Source: Parcubacteria group bacterium
GTDB lineage: Bacteria; Patescibacteriota; Minisyncoccia; Phycocordibacterales; Zambryskibacteraceae
Length of the DNA: 64,000 nt
Direction of reading: 5' to 3'
NCBI GenBank assembly: GCA_028286565.1
Contig: JAQBRH010000004.1
Span: forward strand, 33,951 to 97,950
The position numbers and the translations under genes were made by a program. The notes under the pieces were generated by a model. It saw nothing but the letters and a program-made list of their open reading frames with translations. It ran no database searches and was not told the origin of the DNA. Position 1 is the stretch's first letter. Each line of letters opens with the position of its first letter. Shown piece after piece: positions 47,549 to 58,143 of the stretch.

Positions 47549-48314
47549 GGAACAGATCAAGATGAAGAATGAGGGCAAGCCAGGCTCCGATCACAAGAAA
47601 AGGAGCGAACGGTATCTCGCTCTTCATTGTAAGTCCTTTTGCCTCTCTGAACAAAGCAAAAGATCTGGAAACGAGCATGATGCTTAGGGTGACAACGCTT
47701 CCGACCCAGAACGCGAGTGCGAGAGACGAGAGTCCGGCCGGTCCGCCCAACAAAAGTCCGATCGAGAGAGCGAGCTTGGCATCTCCGAAGCCCATGGCTC
47801 GCCCGCGCGAGAGAAGCCAGATGAGCCCAAAGAAGCTAAAGAGGATAGGCCCGGCAAGCCAATCAAAGATAGAGCCCCCGACGAGGAACCGAAGGACGAT
47901 CGCAAGGATCACCGAGGCATAAACAAGATCGTCGGGGAGGATCTTGTGCCTCACATCATAGATAACGAGGACGACATAGATGCAAAAGACCGCCGCCGCA
48001 AGCATATATGAAGCGAGGCCGAGGATCCCGCGGGTCGGGTCGAACACCGCCGCGAGAGAGGCGAAGATAAGGCCCGTCCACAGCTCGACCACAGGATACT
48101 GCCAGGAGATCTTGGTGCGGCACTCCGAACATTCTCCGCGGAGGCCGACGAAACTGACGACCGGTATAAGCTCCCACCAGTGGAGAGGTTTCTGGCACAC
48201 GACGCAGAACGATCTTCCTCCGATCCCCCGCCCCGAATTCCACCGGAGACCGAGAACATTGAGGAAGCTGCCGATCAAAAGTCCTAAAACAAAAAGGATG
48301 ATCGAGATGATCAT
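47529..48314 (-). CDS. pilD: Prepilin peptidase
   Basis: GSFLNV, two CxxC motifs, YD, MGFGDAKL and IPFAPFL. Confidence 0.93.
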   Translation of the reverse strand: MIISIILFVLGLLIGSFLNVLGLRWNSGRGIGGRSFCVVCQKPLHWWELIPVVSFVGLRGECSECRTKISWQYPVVELWTGLIFASLAAVFDPTRGILGLASYMLAAAVFCIYVVLVIYDVRHKILPDDLVYASVILAIVLRFLVGGSIFDWLAGPILFSFFGLIWLLSRGRAMGFGDAKLALSIGLLLGGPAGLSSLALAFWVGSVVTLSIMLVSRSFALFREAKGLTMKSEIPFAPFLVIGAWLALILHLDLFHVISLI

Positions 48315-48378
48315 CCTTTAAGTATACCCCATGAGATAAACACTAACTATCTCTCGGGGTGAACCAGATGAGATACGA

Positions 48379-48858
48379 CTAGCAGATAGGGTCTCCGGTA
48401 CCGATAACACCGTTCGCCTTTGATGCTCCGGTGTTGTCTACACACCAGTTACCTCCGGCTCCGGGAAGAGTCGCTGCAACTGCATAGGCCGTTGCAGGTT
48501 GTCCGACTACACCAAACGATACACACTGAGGGTTGGACAAGTTTGGCCATGCGGCGGTTGCGAAGTAGCCGTTCATGCCTGATGCGCCGTCTGTGAAGAG
48601 CACGGTGTTCGTCGTAGCAGCGGCACCGCTTGGGCAAGCTCCATACGCTGACTGAGTACCATAATTTCCATTAGTATCGTAGAAGATCTCTGCTGCCGCG
48701 CGGAGGCCGGCGAGCTGAGCCTTGATCTTCGCATCGTTACCCTTGTTTCGGGCGGTGTTGAGCGATGCGAGGACGACTGAAGAAAGAATACCGATGATGG
48801 CGATAACCACCAAGAGTTCGATGAGGGTAAAACCTCGATTAGCTGATCTTTTTGACAT
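48379..48858 (-). CDS. Type IV pilin, probable major subunit
   Basis: [27 protein letters not shown]...WCVDNTG; probable own promoter (TATAAT upstream). Confidence 0.9.
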   Translation of the reverse strand: MSKRSANRGFTLIELLVVIAIIGILSSVVLASLNTARNKGNDAKIKAQLAGLRAAAEIFYDTNGNYGTQSAYGACPSGAAATTNTVLFTDGASGMNGYFATAAWPNLSNPQCVSFGVVGQPATAYAVAATLPGAGGNWCVDNTGASKANGVIGTGDPIC

Positions 48859-48934
48859 AATTATTATTACTTTTAACTACCTTAGAATTATATACCCATA
48901 CCAGCAACTTTTGTGCCGGCATGTGGATAACTCA

Positions 48935-50143
48935 TCAACCTCCTGCCGAGTTCGCGATGTTGTAAATAGGGATAAGCACGGACGCGAGGAGCGTTCCCAC
49001 CCCGAGGCCGAGGAGGACGATCATGACCGGTTCAATGAGGCCCACAAGCGTATCCACGGCGTTGATGACCTCTCGCTGGTAGAAATTGGCCATGGTCTTC
49101 AGGATCGAGCCAAGTTCCCCGGTCTCTTCCCCCACTTTGATCATCTGGACGAGCATGCCCGGGATCTCTTCGTATTGGGACAAGGATTGGGAGAGCGAGC
49201 TTCCCCCCTTGACCGCGGTCAGGCTTTCTTCGAGGATCCCCCTATAGACATCGTTCCCCACCACTGCGGCGGTGATCTCGATGGCTCGGACCATGGGGAT
49301 GCCCGAGTGGACCATGGTGTTCATGTTGTCGGCGATGATCGAGAGATAAAGCTTGGTGTAGAGGCTTCCTATGTACGGGATGCTCAGTTTGAAGCTGGCG
49401 AAGGCGTGCTTTCCCTCTTCGGTCCGAGTGTAGCGGATGAGAAGGAAGATAAGCACCACCAGGCCGGCGAGGACGAGGAGCCCGTAGTGAATGAGGATGT
49501 TCGAGATCCAGAAGACGACGGCCGTATAGAACGGCACCGGCTGTCCCGATTCGGTCAAGATGACGCTGATCTTCGGGATGATGACCGTGAACATGAGGAT
49601 CATCACGCAGATGAAGACCCCGATGACGAACGCCGGATAAATGAGGGCGTTCTTGGCCTTGGAAACGACGGCGTAGCTTCGGTCGAGGTAATCGGCCAAA
49701 TAGTTAAAGGTCTCGTTCAATTTGCCAGTCTCTTCTCCGGCCTTGACCATGTTCACATAAAAGTCCGAGAAGATGGTCGGGTGTTTTGAAAGGGCCTTGG
49801 AGATCGAGGCTCCGGCCTGGAGGTCGTCCGTCACTTCGATCAGAGCCCGCCTCAAGTGATCGTTCTCCACTTCGGCCGAAAGGAGCGCAAAGATCTTCAG
49901 CGCCGGAACCTGAGCATCAAAGAGCGTTGCCATCTGGCGCGAGAGGATGACCACGTCTTTGTTCGAGACGCCGCTCCCGATGGTGAACTTCGAAAGAAAG
50001 GATTCCTTCTCGGCCGGCTCGATCTCGGCGATGATGAGGCCTCTCGTCTGCAGACTTTCGATCGCAACGTCTATAGAGACAGCTTCGATCTGTCCTTCCT
50101 TGGAGACCCCGGTGTTGTCTAAGGCTTTATAAAAATAGAGCAT
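48935..50143 (-). CDS. pilC: Type IV pilus platform protein (T2SS-F family)
   Basis: RQMATL, AGEETGKL, ALIYP, VGEETGEL and LIEP. Confidence 0.93.
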   Translation of the reverse strand: MLYFYKALDNTGVSKEGQIEAVSIDVAIESLQTRGLIIAEIEPAEKESFLSKFTIGSGVSNKDVVILSRQMATLFDAQVPALKIFALLSAEVENDHLRRALIEVTDDLQAGASISKALSKHPTIFSDFYVNMVKAGEETGKLNETFNYLADYLDRSYAVVSKAKNALIYPAFVIGVFICVMILMFTVIIPKISVILTESGQPVPFYTAVVFWISNILIHYGLLVLAGLVVLIFLLIRYTRTEEGKHAFASFKLSIPYIGSLYTKLYLSIIADNMNTMVHSGIPMVRAIEITAAVVGNDVYRGILEESLTAVKGGSSLSQSLSQYEEIPGMLVQMIKVGEETGELGSILKTMANFYQREVINAVDTLVGLIEPVMIVLLGLGVGTLLASVLIPIYNIANSAGG

Positions 50144-50152
50144 GCGTGTCGG

Positions 50153-51211
50153 TTAGATCATCCTCTCGAGCGTGCGAGGATTAGTCGAATAGAGCATGGC
50201 GTTCTCCGCGGTGATCTCTCCGTTTCGCACGAGGATCGCCAAGCTTCGGTTCAAGTCGATCATGCCGTCCTCCGAACCCGTCTCGATGACCGAGTTGATC
50301 TCATGGCTCCTCTTCTCTCGGATGAGGTTCGAGACGGCGTTGTTGTTCAAGAGAAGCTCGAAGGCCGGGATGAGTCCGCCGGAGATGCGAGGGATCAGGC
50401 GCTGAGAGAAGATGCCGATCAGGGATGAGGAGAGTTGGATGCGGATCTGATCCTGCTGATCGGAGGGGAACGAGTCGATGATACGGTCGACGGTTTGCGC
50501 GGCGGTGTTCGTGTGAAGCGTCGAGTAGACGAGGTGTCCGGTCTCCGCCGCCGTCACCGCTGTGGCGATGGTCTCTGGTTCGCGCATTTCTCCGACCATG
50601 ATCACATCGGCGTCCTGGCGGAACGCTCCCCAAAGCGCGGTCTTGAAATCCGGCGTGTCCGATCCGACCTCACGCTGATCGATGAGGGCTTTTTTCGGCT
50701 CGAAAATATATTCGATCGGATCTTCGATGGTGATGATGTGTTCGAGGCGCTCTTCATTGATCATCTCGATCATCGAGGCGAGGGTCGTCGACTTGCCTTG
50801 GCCGGCCGGCCCCACGACGAGGAAGAACCCTTGCTGCTTTTTTGTGAATGTTTCGAGGATGGTCGGCAATCCGAGCTCGGCAAGCGTCCTGATGCGCGAC
50901 TGGATGAGGCGGAGAGCGACGGACATCTTCCCGATCTTCATGAAGGCGTTGCCTCGAAATCGAACGGATTCATGGCTGTAGGCGAAGTTCGCTTCCTTGT
51001 AGGCCATGTACTGGCGTTTGTTCTCTGCGGTGAGAAAGATCTCTAGGAACGTTTCGAGGTCGGACTTGGTAAGCGGAGCGATCTTTAAAAGCGGGATGAG
51101 GAACCCGGCTACGCGGATGACCGGCGAGCGCCCTTCGGACAAATGGAGGTCGGAGGCGCCTTCTTTGGTAACGATGTCGACGAGCTGATTTAAAAGTTGT
51201 TGTGAAGCCAT
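50153..51211 (-). CDS. pilT: Type IV pilus retraction ATPase
   Basis: ASDLHL, GPAGQGKSTT, TIEDPIE, GEMR and AAETGHLV.STLHTN. Confidence 0.93.
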   Translation of the reverse strand: MASQQLLNQLVDIVTKEGASDLHLSEGRSPVIRVAGFLIPLLKIAPLTKSDLETFLEIFLTAENKRQYMAYKEANFAYSHESVRFRGNAFMKIGKMSVALRLIQSRIRTLAELGLPTILETFTKKQQGFFLVVGPAGQGKSTTLASMIEMINEERLEHIITIEDPIEYIFEPKKALIDQREVGSDTPDFKTALWGAFRQDADVIMVGEMREPETIATAVTAAETGHLVYSTLHTNTAAQTVDRIIDSFPSDQQDQIRIQLSSSLIGIFSQRLIPRISGGLIPAFELLLNNNAVSNLIREKRSHEINSVIETGSEDGMIDLNRSLAILVRNGEITAENAMLYSTNPRTLERMI

Positions 51212-51212
51212 T

Positions 51213-51602
51213 TTATGTAATGTATTGATCTCCGATATTGATTATTTCTTGAGCCACTTCCGACGGGACCGAGGTCGCCTTGACTATATACCCCTTCACT
51301 CCGAGCTCTTTGGCCTTCTCGATCTTCGACGATTCGCTTTCGTTCGTGAGCATGATCGAGATGGCGTTCGGAGAAAGTTTTTCTTTCAAAACGGTTTCCA
51401 AGAGCTCGAGCCCGTCCATGCCCGGCATGATGATGTCGAAGACCATGATGTCGTAGACGCTTCCCGCGCGCAATTTCTCAAGGGCGCTCAGAGGGCCGAC
51501 GGCGATGTCAGGGGCGAGGCCGAACGCATCGAACTTCTTTTTGTACATTTCAAGAAGAAATTTGTCGTCATCCACGATGAGAATAGAATATTTCTTCTTC
51601 AT
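51213..51602 (-). CDS. Single-domain response regulator
   Basis: ILIVDDD, DIIMPGMDG, MLTN and YIVK. Confidence 0.88.
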   Translation of the reverse strand: MKKKYSILIVDDDKFLLEMYKKKFDAFGLAPDIAVGPLSALEKLRAGSVYDIMVFDIIMPGMDGLELLETVLKEKLSPNAISIMLTNESESSKIEKAKELGVKGYIVKATSVPSEVAQEIINIGDQYIT

Positions 51603-51609
51603 ACTATGA

Positions 51610-53334
51610 TTATAGCGTATTTACTTCCTCGAAAGGAATGACGCGCTCGAAGGCTTTGAGGATCGCGTCCTCTTTCATCATGAGCATGCCGTTCGCGCGG
51701 GCCACTTTGGTGAGGGCGATCTCGGTCGGGTCTTTTAGGATGACCGCCTCGATCGCTTTGTCGAGTGATAACACTTCCATGACCGCCACTCGGCCGCTTG
51801 TCCCGTTCAAGCAGTCGGGCGTCGGCAAGACGTCGTAGACCTCCTTTCCGAACGGAATGTCCTTTCTGTAGGCGGCGGGCAGATCGGCGAACTGCGTCTC
51901 GAGCATCAGCTTGATCGAATCTTCGACCGGCACAGGCTTGCCACCGCCCGGAGGAAGCTTCCTCACCAAGCGCTGGGCGATAGCCAGGATGAGGGTCGGA
52001 GCGATGAGATACGGGTCGACGCCCATGTCGATCAGGCGCGGGATGACACCCAAAGCATTGTTGGTGTGGATGGTCGAGAGCACGAGGTGGCCGGTGAGGG
52101 CGGCTTGGATCGCGAGCTGGGCCGTCTCCTTGTCTCGGATCTCTCCCACCATGATGAGGTCCGGGTCCTGGCGAAGGGTGGTGCGGAGTCCGGTCGCAAA
52201 GGTGTAGTCGATCTCCGGATGGACTTGGGACTGAGAGACGCCGTCCATGTTGTACTCAACCGGGTCTTCGAGCGAAAGGACGTTCATGTGGTCGCGGTCG
52301 ACCTCGTTCAACATCGAATAGAGGGTCGTCGATTTACCGGATCCGGTCGGTCCGGAGATGAGGATGAGGCCGTACGGCTTGACGATGGCTTTCATGATGA
52401 GCTCGAGATTTTTCGGCGACAGGCCGAGCTCGGAAAGCTTCTTCACTCCCTTGTCCTGGTCCAAGATTCTCATCACGATCTTTTCTCCGTAGTAGGTCGG
52501 GAAGGTCGAGACGCGGAAATCGATCTTCTTGCCTTCGATCTTGGCCGAGAAGCGCCCGTCCTGCGGCTTTCGCTTTTCGTCGAGACGCATGTTGCAGAGG
52601 ATCTTGATGCGGGCGACGACGGCCGAATGCACTTTGACCGGGAGGAGGAGCGAGGTGTTCAGGATGCCGTCGACGCGGAAGCGGACGCGAATGTTCTCGT
52701 GCATCGGCTCGATGTGGATGTCCGAAGCGTTGCCTTCGGACGCATACGAGAGGATGGTGGCCACGATCTTCGTCACCGGCGCGTCTTCGACGATGCGGGC
52801 CTCCCCTTTCGGGCCCTTGCCTTCTGCCTCGGCCGACTTTTCTTCCTGATCGGCGATATTTTGCGAAAGTTCGGTCTCAAGTTCGGAAAGGGCCTTGGTC
52901 ACTTCTCCGGAGAGACCCTTATACATATCAAGCACGCTAGAAAGATCCTCCGTCGAGATGAGGAAGAGTTTGTACGGCATGCCGATCTTCGAGGAGATGA
53001 AGTTCAGGGCGTCGCGCGCTTCTATGTCGTCCGGGTCAACGATGCCCACTTCTAGCACGCCTTCCTTCACCCCGATCGGAGCGATCTTGTAGTGGTCGGC
53101 GGATTCTTCGGGAATAAAATCGAGGATCTTACCCGGGATGTTCAGGCCCTTGAGGCTCTTCGTGGGGATGCCGAGATCGAGGCCCTTGCCGAGGAGGATC
53201 TCTTCGGGCGTGACCCCGCGGCTGACGAGCACCTGCTCAAGCGAAAGGCCGGATTCCTTGGCCTCATGTTCGATCTGAGGTATATCATCTGCTGTAATGA
53301 TCTTTTTGTCTCGAAGTGTGTCGAGGATGCTCAT
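51610..53334 (-). CDS. pilB: Type IV pilus assembly ATPase (GspE/PilB)
   Basis: ASDIHIEP, PQDGR, GPTGSGKSTT, LRQDPD and TGHLVLSTIHTN. Confidence 0.93.
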   Translation of the reverse strand: MSILDTLRDKKIITADDIPQIEHEAKESGLSLEQVLVSRGVTPEEILLGKGLDLGIPTKSLKGLNIPGKILDFIPEESADHYKIAPIGVKEGVLEVGIVDPDDIEARDALNFISSKIGMPYKLFLISTEDLSSVLDMYKGLSGEVTKALSELETELSQNIADQEEKSAEAEGKGPKGEARIVEDAPVTKIVATILSYASEGNASDIHIEPMHENIRVRFRVDGILNTSLLLPVKVHSAVVARIKILCNMRLDEKRKPQDGRFSAKIEGKKIDFRVSTFPTYYGEKIVMRILDQDKGVKKLSELGLSPKNLELIMKAIVKPYGLILISGPTGSGKSTTLYSMLNEVDRDHMNVLSLEDPVEYNMDGVSQSQVHPEIDYTFATGLRTTLRQDPDLIMVGEIRDKETAQLAIQAALTGHLVLSTIHTNNALGVIPRLIDMGVDPYLIAPTLILAIAQRLVRKLPPGGGKPVPVEDSIKLMLETQFADLPAAYRKDIPFGKEVYDVLPTPDCLNGTSGRVAVMEVLSLDKAIEAVILKDPTEIALTKVARANGMLMMKEDAILKAFERVIPFEEVNTL

Positions 53335-53346
53335 CTGTATGTAGGG

Positions 53347-53640
53347 TTAAAAGTCAGAACCGATCGGGGCGAACGGGTTGATCCTGCCTTGAGGCTGAAC
53401 GGGGAGAACGGTCGAGAAGTCGACGAGGCTCGTGTAGGCCGTGGTGGAGAAGAGCGTGCGGTCGAGGGTGACCGACTGGAGGCTCGCATTGAGCTCGAGC
53501 ACATCCGCTCCGACATTCACTTCCGTGACCGGGACATCGAGCGAAGGATCTCCGGCAAAGAACATCTTGTACACGCCCCATCCGAGGAGCAGCGCGGCGG
53601 CAAACGTCAGCATTCCTTTGTTGTTTTGAAGAGCTTTCAT
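53347..53640 (-). CDS. Small pilus accessory protein (PilP position)
   Basis: N-terminal TM and C-terminal GRINPFAP; follows PilO. Confidence 0.65.
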   Translation of the reverse strand: MKALQNNKGMLTFAAALLLGWGVYKMFFAGDPSLDVPVTEVNVGADVLELNASLQSVTLDRTLFSTTAYTSLVDFSTVLPVQPQGRINPFAPIGSDF

Positions 53641-53641
53641 G

Positions 53642-54181
53642 TTATTTGAGTGAATACGTCTCGATCGACACCTTGAAGGTAGACAGGCCGGTATCCGTGG
53701 TGTCAAAAGCCGCCGCCTTCACATCGATGATGCGCAGGCTCGACTCGATGTCTGTCATGAACCGCTTGAAATTCTCATAATTGGTGACGAATTCGAAGGA
53801 GACCGTCGTCGTCTCGTATGTCTTCGATCCGACGATGATGCCCGGAGCGCCCGTGTCGTTCCCTTTGCTCTCTGTTTGGATATTTTTGATGGAAATACCA
53901 TACCGCGAAGCGATCGAGTCAAAGTCGAGGGCGAGCCTCACCGTATCGATCGACGGAGGCAGGACCTTCGAGAGGCGGTCAACGTCTTCTTTCGGCATCG
54001 CCTGATACTTCACGAGGAGATTGTCCCTGGTTTCGATGAGCGAGGAGACATTGGCAAGGAGATCTTCGTACTTGGCCGATTCCGCTCGGAGATCGGAGGA
54101 TTTCTTGTACTCTCCGTTCGTGAAGGTATAGAAAAGCCCGATCGAGATCAATATAAGGATGATGGCGGTTGAGTTTTTCAT
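53642..54181 (-). CDS. pilO: PilO-like protein
   Basis: TM, coiled coil, LP, YENFKRFM.DIE.SLRIIDV; synteny. Confidence 0.75.
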   Translation of the reverse strand: MKNSTAIILILISIGLFYTFTNGEYKKSSDLRAESAKYEDLLANVSSLIETRDNLLVKYQAMPKEDVDRLSKVLPPSIDTVRLALDFDSIASRYGISIKNIQTESKGNDTGAPGIIVGSKTYETTTVSFEFVTNYENFKRFMTDIESSLRIIDVKAAAFDTTDTGLSTFKVSIETYSLK

Positions 54182-54182
54182 A

Positions 54183-54869
54183 TTATCGCGGGGTTGAGGT
54201 TGCGGATCTGGGGGTCGAGGTCGCGGACTTTGTCAGAGGGGTCGTCGTGCCGACCGTTGCGGTTGGAGTCGGGGTCGACTTCACGACGTCCTTCTTGAAA
54301 GCGAGGATCTGCGGATCGAGGTTTGCCTTGAATTCAAAGAGGACGTTCCCTTTGTCGTCGAGGTTCAGGTTCGAGAACACGGGAGTCTTGATATATTTGC
54401 TCTTGTTGAACTCGTCGGATTGCAGGGCCACCGCGGCGTAGCCTCGAGCCATGCCCTTCATGGCTATGGACGGCCCCTTTTCATTGAAGGTGAAGACGAA
54501 GGAGGTGAATTTGACGTTCTTCATGGTCGCACTCTGGAGATAATCAAAGAACGGAGTGATCGCCCGGTGTTTGTTGAGGAGCGTTTGGGTCACCTGGATC
54601 CTCGTGTTGAGGCGGGTAAGCTCCTTGATGGTCTCCGGTTCGAGGGCCGCTTTGGCCGCTTCGAGGTCGGAGGCCTTCTTGTCGATCGAAGACTCGAGAT
54701 ATTTCACATAGCCGAACGATCCCCCTGCCGCGAGGAGAGAGACGATGAATATGAACTTTGCGATATAGCCTAAAATGCCCTGCTTTTTCTCGGCGGAGCG
54801 CGCGGCGAACGATGCTGATGTGGTCAAAGGCCCTTTCGGGATGAACGATGATTGAAATTTGGGTTCCAT
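54183..54869 (-). CDS. pilN: PilN-like protein
   Basis: SFIPK, TM, coiled coil and G.A; synteny after pilM. Confidence 0.7.
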   Translation of the reverse strand: MEPKFQSSFIPKGPLTTSASFAARSAEKKQGILGYIAKFIFIVSLLAAGGSFGYVKYLESSIDKKASDLEAAKAALEPETIKELTRLNTRIQVTQTLLNKHRAITPFFDYLQSATMKNVKFTSFVFTFNEKGPSIAMKGMARGYAAVALQSDEFNKSKYIKTPVFSNLNLDDKGNVLFEFKANLDPQILAFKKDVVKSTPTPTATVGTTTPLTKSATSTPRSATSTPR

Positions 54870-54936
54870 CTACTGCAAAGTATAAAACAAAATGTCTCTA
54901 CAAGAAAGAACGTTTAACGAAATATGTTTATAACGC

Positions 54937-56055
54937 CTATTCTTCTTCCGCCAATTTGCGCAAGGCGACGCCGATAGCCACGGCGAATTCGGGACCGGTC
55001 TCTTTGAGGATATTTTCAAGGAAAGCCGGAGTAGCGAGCTTGCTGAACGGATTGGCTTGGACCGCGTCCGTCTTGAAGTTCGCCTTGGCGAGCGTCGGCA
55101 GGCCCTTCAGCGCGGCTCCTCCGCCGACGAGGATGATCTTTGAGACCGTCTTGTTGTATTTCTTCTCGAAGGCGAGGAGCGTCCTGTTCGCCTCTTCGAA
55201 TATATAGTCGAGGGTCAGCGAGATGATCTGGGTCAAGGTCTCGTCTTCTCCCGTCGCTCCGACCTGCCTTTTCATGATCTCCGCCCGCTCGAGGGTGAAG
55301 CCGAGGGATTTGGAGATGGTCGACGTGATGTCCTGCGCTCCGCGGTTGACCGTGTGCGTCGCCTTGGTGATTCCCCGCTCTACTATATAGAGCTTGGTCG
55401 AAGCCGCGCCCATATCCATGATCATCACCGGAGCGAGCGACTCGTCGAGGACCGAGCGCATGGTCGAGAAGATCTCGATCTCAAAGAACCCGGCCGCGAG
55501 CCCCGCCTTGTTCACAATGTCCGTGTAGCGGGCGATGGTATCGTTGTGGATCGCCACGACCAAGACGTCGACCTTGGGAATGTTCGGCGGCATGTTCGGT
55601 CCGGCCGACGGTCCCGGCGATTCTTCGACCGGAGCTTCGGCTTTGGGGATGACCGACCAGTCGAGCATCACTTCGGAAATTGGCACGGGGATATACTTCC
55701 TCGCTTCGATCGGGACCATGAGGCCCAGCTGCTTTGAAGACACCTGCGGCATTTCCACCACGGTCATGAGAGACGAGCCGAACGGGATGGAGATCCCGCA
55801 TTTATTGGTGGTGACATTCACCTCCTTTTCGTGCATCAGGTCCGCAAGCGCCGCGGCGATCCGATCCGGAGGAAGCACCACCGCCTGGCCGACCGTCCCC
55901 TTCGCGTACGGACCGAGAGCGAGCTCGCCATAGGTCTCGAGCACCGCCTGGCCGTTCTTTTTTTTGATCTGGACGATCTTGATCGCCGACGACCCTATGT
56001 CGATCCCGAGTACGCTTGTTTCCGGCTTAGAAAAGATATTAGAGAAGAATCCCAT
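54937..56055 (-). CDS. pilM: Type IV pilus assembly protein PilM
   Basis: GIDIGSSAIK, EARKYIP, DMGA, LVGGGA and AVAIGVAL. Confidence 0.92.
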   Translation of the reverse strand: MGFFSNIFSKPETSVLGIDIGSSAIKIVQIKKKNGQAVLETYGELALGPYAKGTVGQAVVLPPDRIAAALADLMHEKEVNVTTNKCGISIPFGSSLMTVVEMPQVSSKQLGLMVPIEARKYIPVPISEVMLDWSVIPKAEAPVEESPGPSAGPNMPPNIPKVDVLVVAIHNDTIARYTDIVNKAGLAAGFFEIEIFSTMRSVLDESLAPVMIMDMGAASTKLYIVERGITKATHTVNRGAQDITSTISKSLGFTLERAEIMKRQVGATGEDETLTQIISLTLDYIFEEANRTLLAFEKKYNKTVSKIILVGGGAALKGLPTLAKANFKTDAVQANPFSKLATPAFLENILKETGPEFAVAIGVALRKLAEEE

Positions 56056-56100
56056 CGTGATAAAAGTATATCATGTGCCACTCTTAGGTATGATAGACGT

Positions 56101-56748
56101 ATGGAAACGCTTTCTAGGGTCAAGGATTATTTTCTGGATTTTCTGTTCCCCAAGGACAAGCGCGTCTACGAGCTCGAAAGGCTGTCGCCCGCCGCTCTCC
56201 TCCATATGCTCCCCGCGGCCAAAGACATCGACGATCGAACTGTCGCTCTCTTCGACTACAAGGACCGCGATGTGCGGGCCCTCATCTGGGAGATCAAATA
56301 CAGAGGCAACCGCATCCTGGCGAAGAAATGCGGGGAGATCCTCGCGGACGTCTTGAGGCACGAGCTCGCCGACCGGGCGCTCTTCGAGAATTTTATTGAT
56401 CCTATCCTTGTCCCGATGCCCGTCTCGGACGAGAAGCGGCGCGAGTGCGGGTTTAATCAAACGGAGGTTCTCTCCGAATCTGTCCGCATGTATGCGCCGG
56501 ACCTTTTTGAATACGCCCCGATCCTCGTGAAGCACCGGCACACCGAGAGCCAGGCCCGCACGCACGCGACCAAGCGCGAACGAGAAACAAATTTGCATCG
56601 ATCAATGAACGCCTCGCCCGATGCTGCAGGACGAAATATCATTCTTCTCGACGACGTCACCACCTCCGGCGCGACCTTCAACGAAGCCAAGCGCGCCTTA
56701 CAGGAAGCGGGAGTGAAGAAGATCCTCTTTGTGGCCCTCGCGCACTAG
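56101..56748 (+). CDS. comF: ComF-family competence protein
   Basis: LFP, VPMP...GFNQ and ILLDDVTTSGAT (PRTase loop); start at METLS. Confidence 0.88.
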   Translation: METLSRVKDYFLDFLFPKDKRVYELERLSPAALLHMLPAAKDIDDRTVALFDYKDRDVRALIWEIKYRGNRILAKKCGEILADVLRHELADRALFENFIDPILVPMPVSDEKRRECGFNQTEVLSESVRMYAPDLFEYAPILVKHRHTESQARTHATKRERETNLHRSMNASPDAAGRNIILLDDVTTSGATFNEAKRALQEAGVKKILFVALAH

Positions 56749-57149
56749 GTCGCCTTGGTGATGGTGTGAACATTGATCACTTTCGCGGCTTCGAACGGCA
56801 TGAACAGTTCGGATCGGAGGGCGGCATCCTCCGCCAATTCGCCGACCACGCTGATGCGATCGGTCGGAGTGATGTTCGGATCCATCGAGCTTGCGGAACT
56901 CGTATCGAGGCCGTAGATAGTGCCGTCGTCGCCCGTGAGTCCGAGCTGGCAGATCGTCGGAGTGACGTCTTTGGACCTCAAAGCGAGGCAGACGAAATGT
57001 CCGTTCGCCTTTACCTCCCCGCTCGCCAGGCGTTCAAGGGAGCCGGTCTCGCTCGTCCGATGAAAGACAAGCGTCCCCACGATGATAATGAGGACCAAGG
57101 CGACCGCCCCGATGATGATCTTTTGCTGCTTGGAAAAACGCATATCCAT
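56745..57149 (-). CDS. Membrane-anchored hypothetical protein
   Basis: N-terminal TM; G.FVCL...C.LGL..DDG..Y.L. Confidence 0.65.
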   Translation of the reverse strand: MDMRFSKQQKIIIGAVALVLIIIVGTLVFHRTSETGSLERLASGEVKANGHFVCLALRSKDVTPTICQLGLTGDDGTIYGLDTSSASSMDPNITPTDRISVVGELAEDAALRSELFMPFEAAKVINVHTITKAT

Positions 57150-57210
57150 ATATCTCTTGAGACGCGTCTCGCAGATGATAATTACCTGCGGCCTCTGCCT
57201 ATCTCGTAGC

Positions 57211-57240
57211 TTGACAGATTGGTACTACGTATGCTATAAT
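57211..57240 (+). promoter_or_regulatory. Consensus sigma-70 promoter
   Basis: TTGACA-N18-TATAAT with the TG extension. Confidence 0.7.
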
Positions 57241-57292
57241 ACTCCCATACCGTGAAGCAACCCGCTTCACTCTGCCCTTTCAAGGAGGTCCT

Positions 57293-57571
57293 GTGGATGC
57301 TTTCATTGGTCTTGCGACCGTCATCTTCGCCCTGTGGCTCTCCCTTTTCGGGCTCGCGGTCGTACTGCAGCAGCAGGCCGTGTATCTGCGCATAAGCCGC
57401 CGCCTGGCCACGTACTTCGGCCGGCTGATCTCTCGCCTCGTGCGGAGATTGGCTCGGTTCCTTGGCCGCCATGCCTGGCGCGGGACGAAGTACCTGGTCC
57501 GACAGGCGGGCCTCGGCATCCGAGCACTCTGGAGACACCGAGAGAGGGCCGCTCAGGGCCGCGTGCCCTAG
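57293..57571 (+). CDS. Hypothetical basic membrane protein
   Basis: AAGGAGG before GTG; TM followed by an Arg-rich helix. Confidence 0.6.
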   Translation: MDAFIGLATVIFALWLSLFGLAVVLQQQAVYLRISRRLATYFGRLISRLVRRLARFLGRHAWRGTKYLVRQAGLGIRALWRHRERAAQGRVP

Positions 57572-57693
57572 AGAGGAGACACTCTTTCCAAGTCTCGCCC
57601 CGCATCACTGCGGGGCTTCTTTGTATCCATATAGACAAACTCGTATGGGGCGAGTACTATCCTCGAGAGATCGTTCACCCTAGCCCCCCGCTC

Positions 57694-58068
57694 ATGTCCA
57701 CGAAAATACACGGCTCGATCGTCCGTACGCTCTACGCGAATGCGCACTCCGTCGGAGTCAACGTCTTTATGGATCAGCAATACAAATACGGCTTCGAATT
57801 CGTCATTCGCGAAACCGGCGAGAGGATCCTCCGAACAAAGCCGTTTCTCCTGAGCCAACATGTGACAGCCTGGATAGTGAACGACTTCCTTACACAGGTG
57901 CGGCTCGGCGTAGAAAAGAAGTGCGCCGAACAAGGGATACGCCCTTACACTCACTTCGGAGTCGGCGCCTTCGATGTCCTTGATGAGCTGGCGATCGAAG
58001 GGCTGTACTTCGACGCTGTCCAGCAGCTCGTCCAGGGCGCAAACTCGACTGCTTCGCAGCCCGCCTGA
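57694..58068 (+). CDS. Hypothetical protein
   Basis: 3' part of ORF 57334..58068 from MSTKIH; terminator hairpin at ~58073-58100. Confidence 0.5.
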   Translation: MSTKIHGSIVRTLYANAHSVGVNVFMDQQYKYGFEFVIRETGERILRTKPFLLSQHVTAWIVNDFLTQVRLGVEKKCAEQGIRPYTHFGVGAFDVLDELAIEGLYFDAVQQLVQGANSTASQPA

Positions 58069-58143
58069 TCGTCCGAACTTCGGTTCGGCTTTTTTATTTT
58101 TATAAAGAAAAAGACCCGAACATTGTGCTCGGGCCTACGGCGG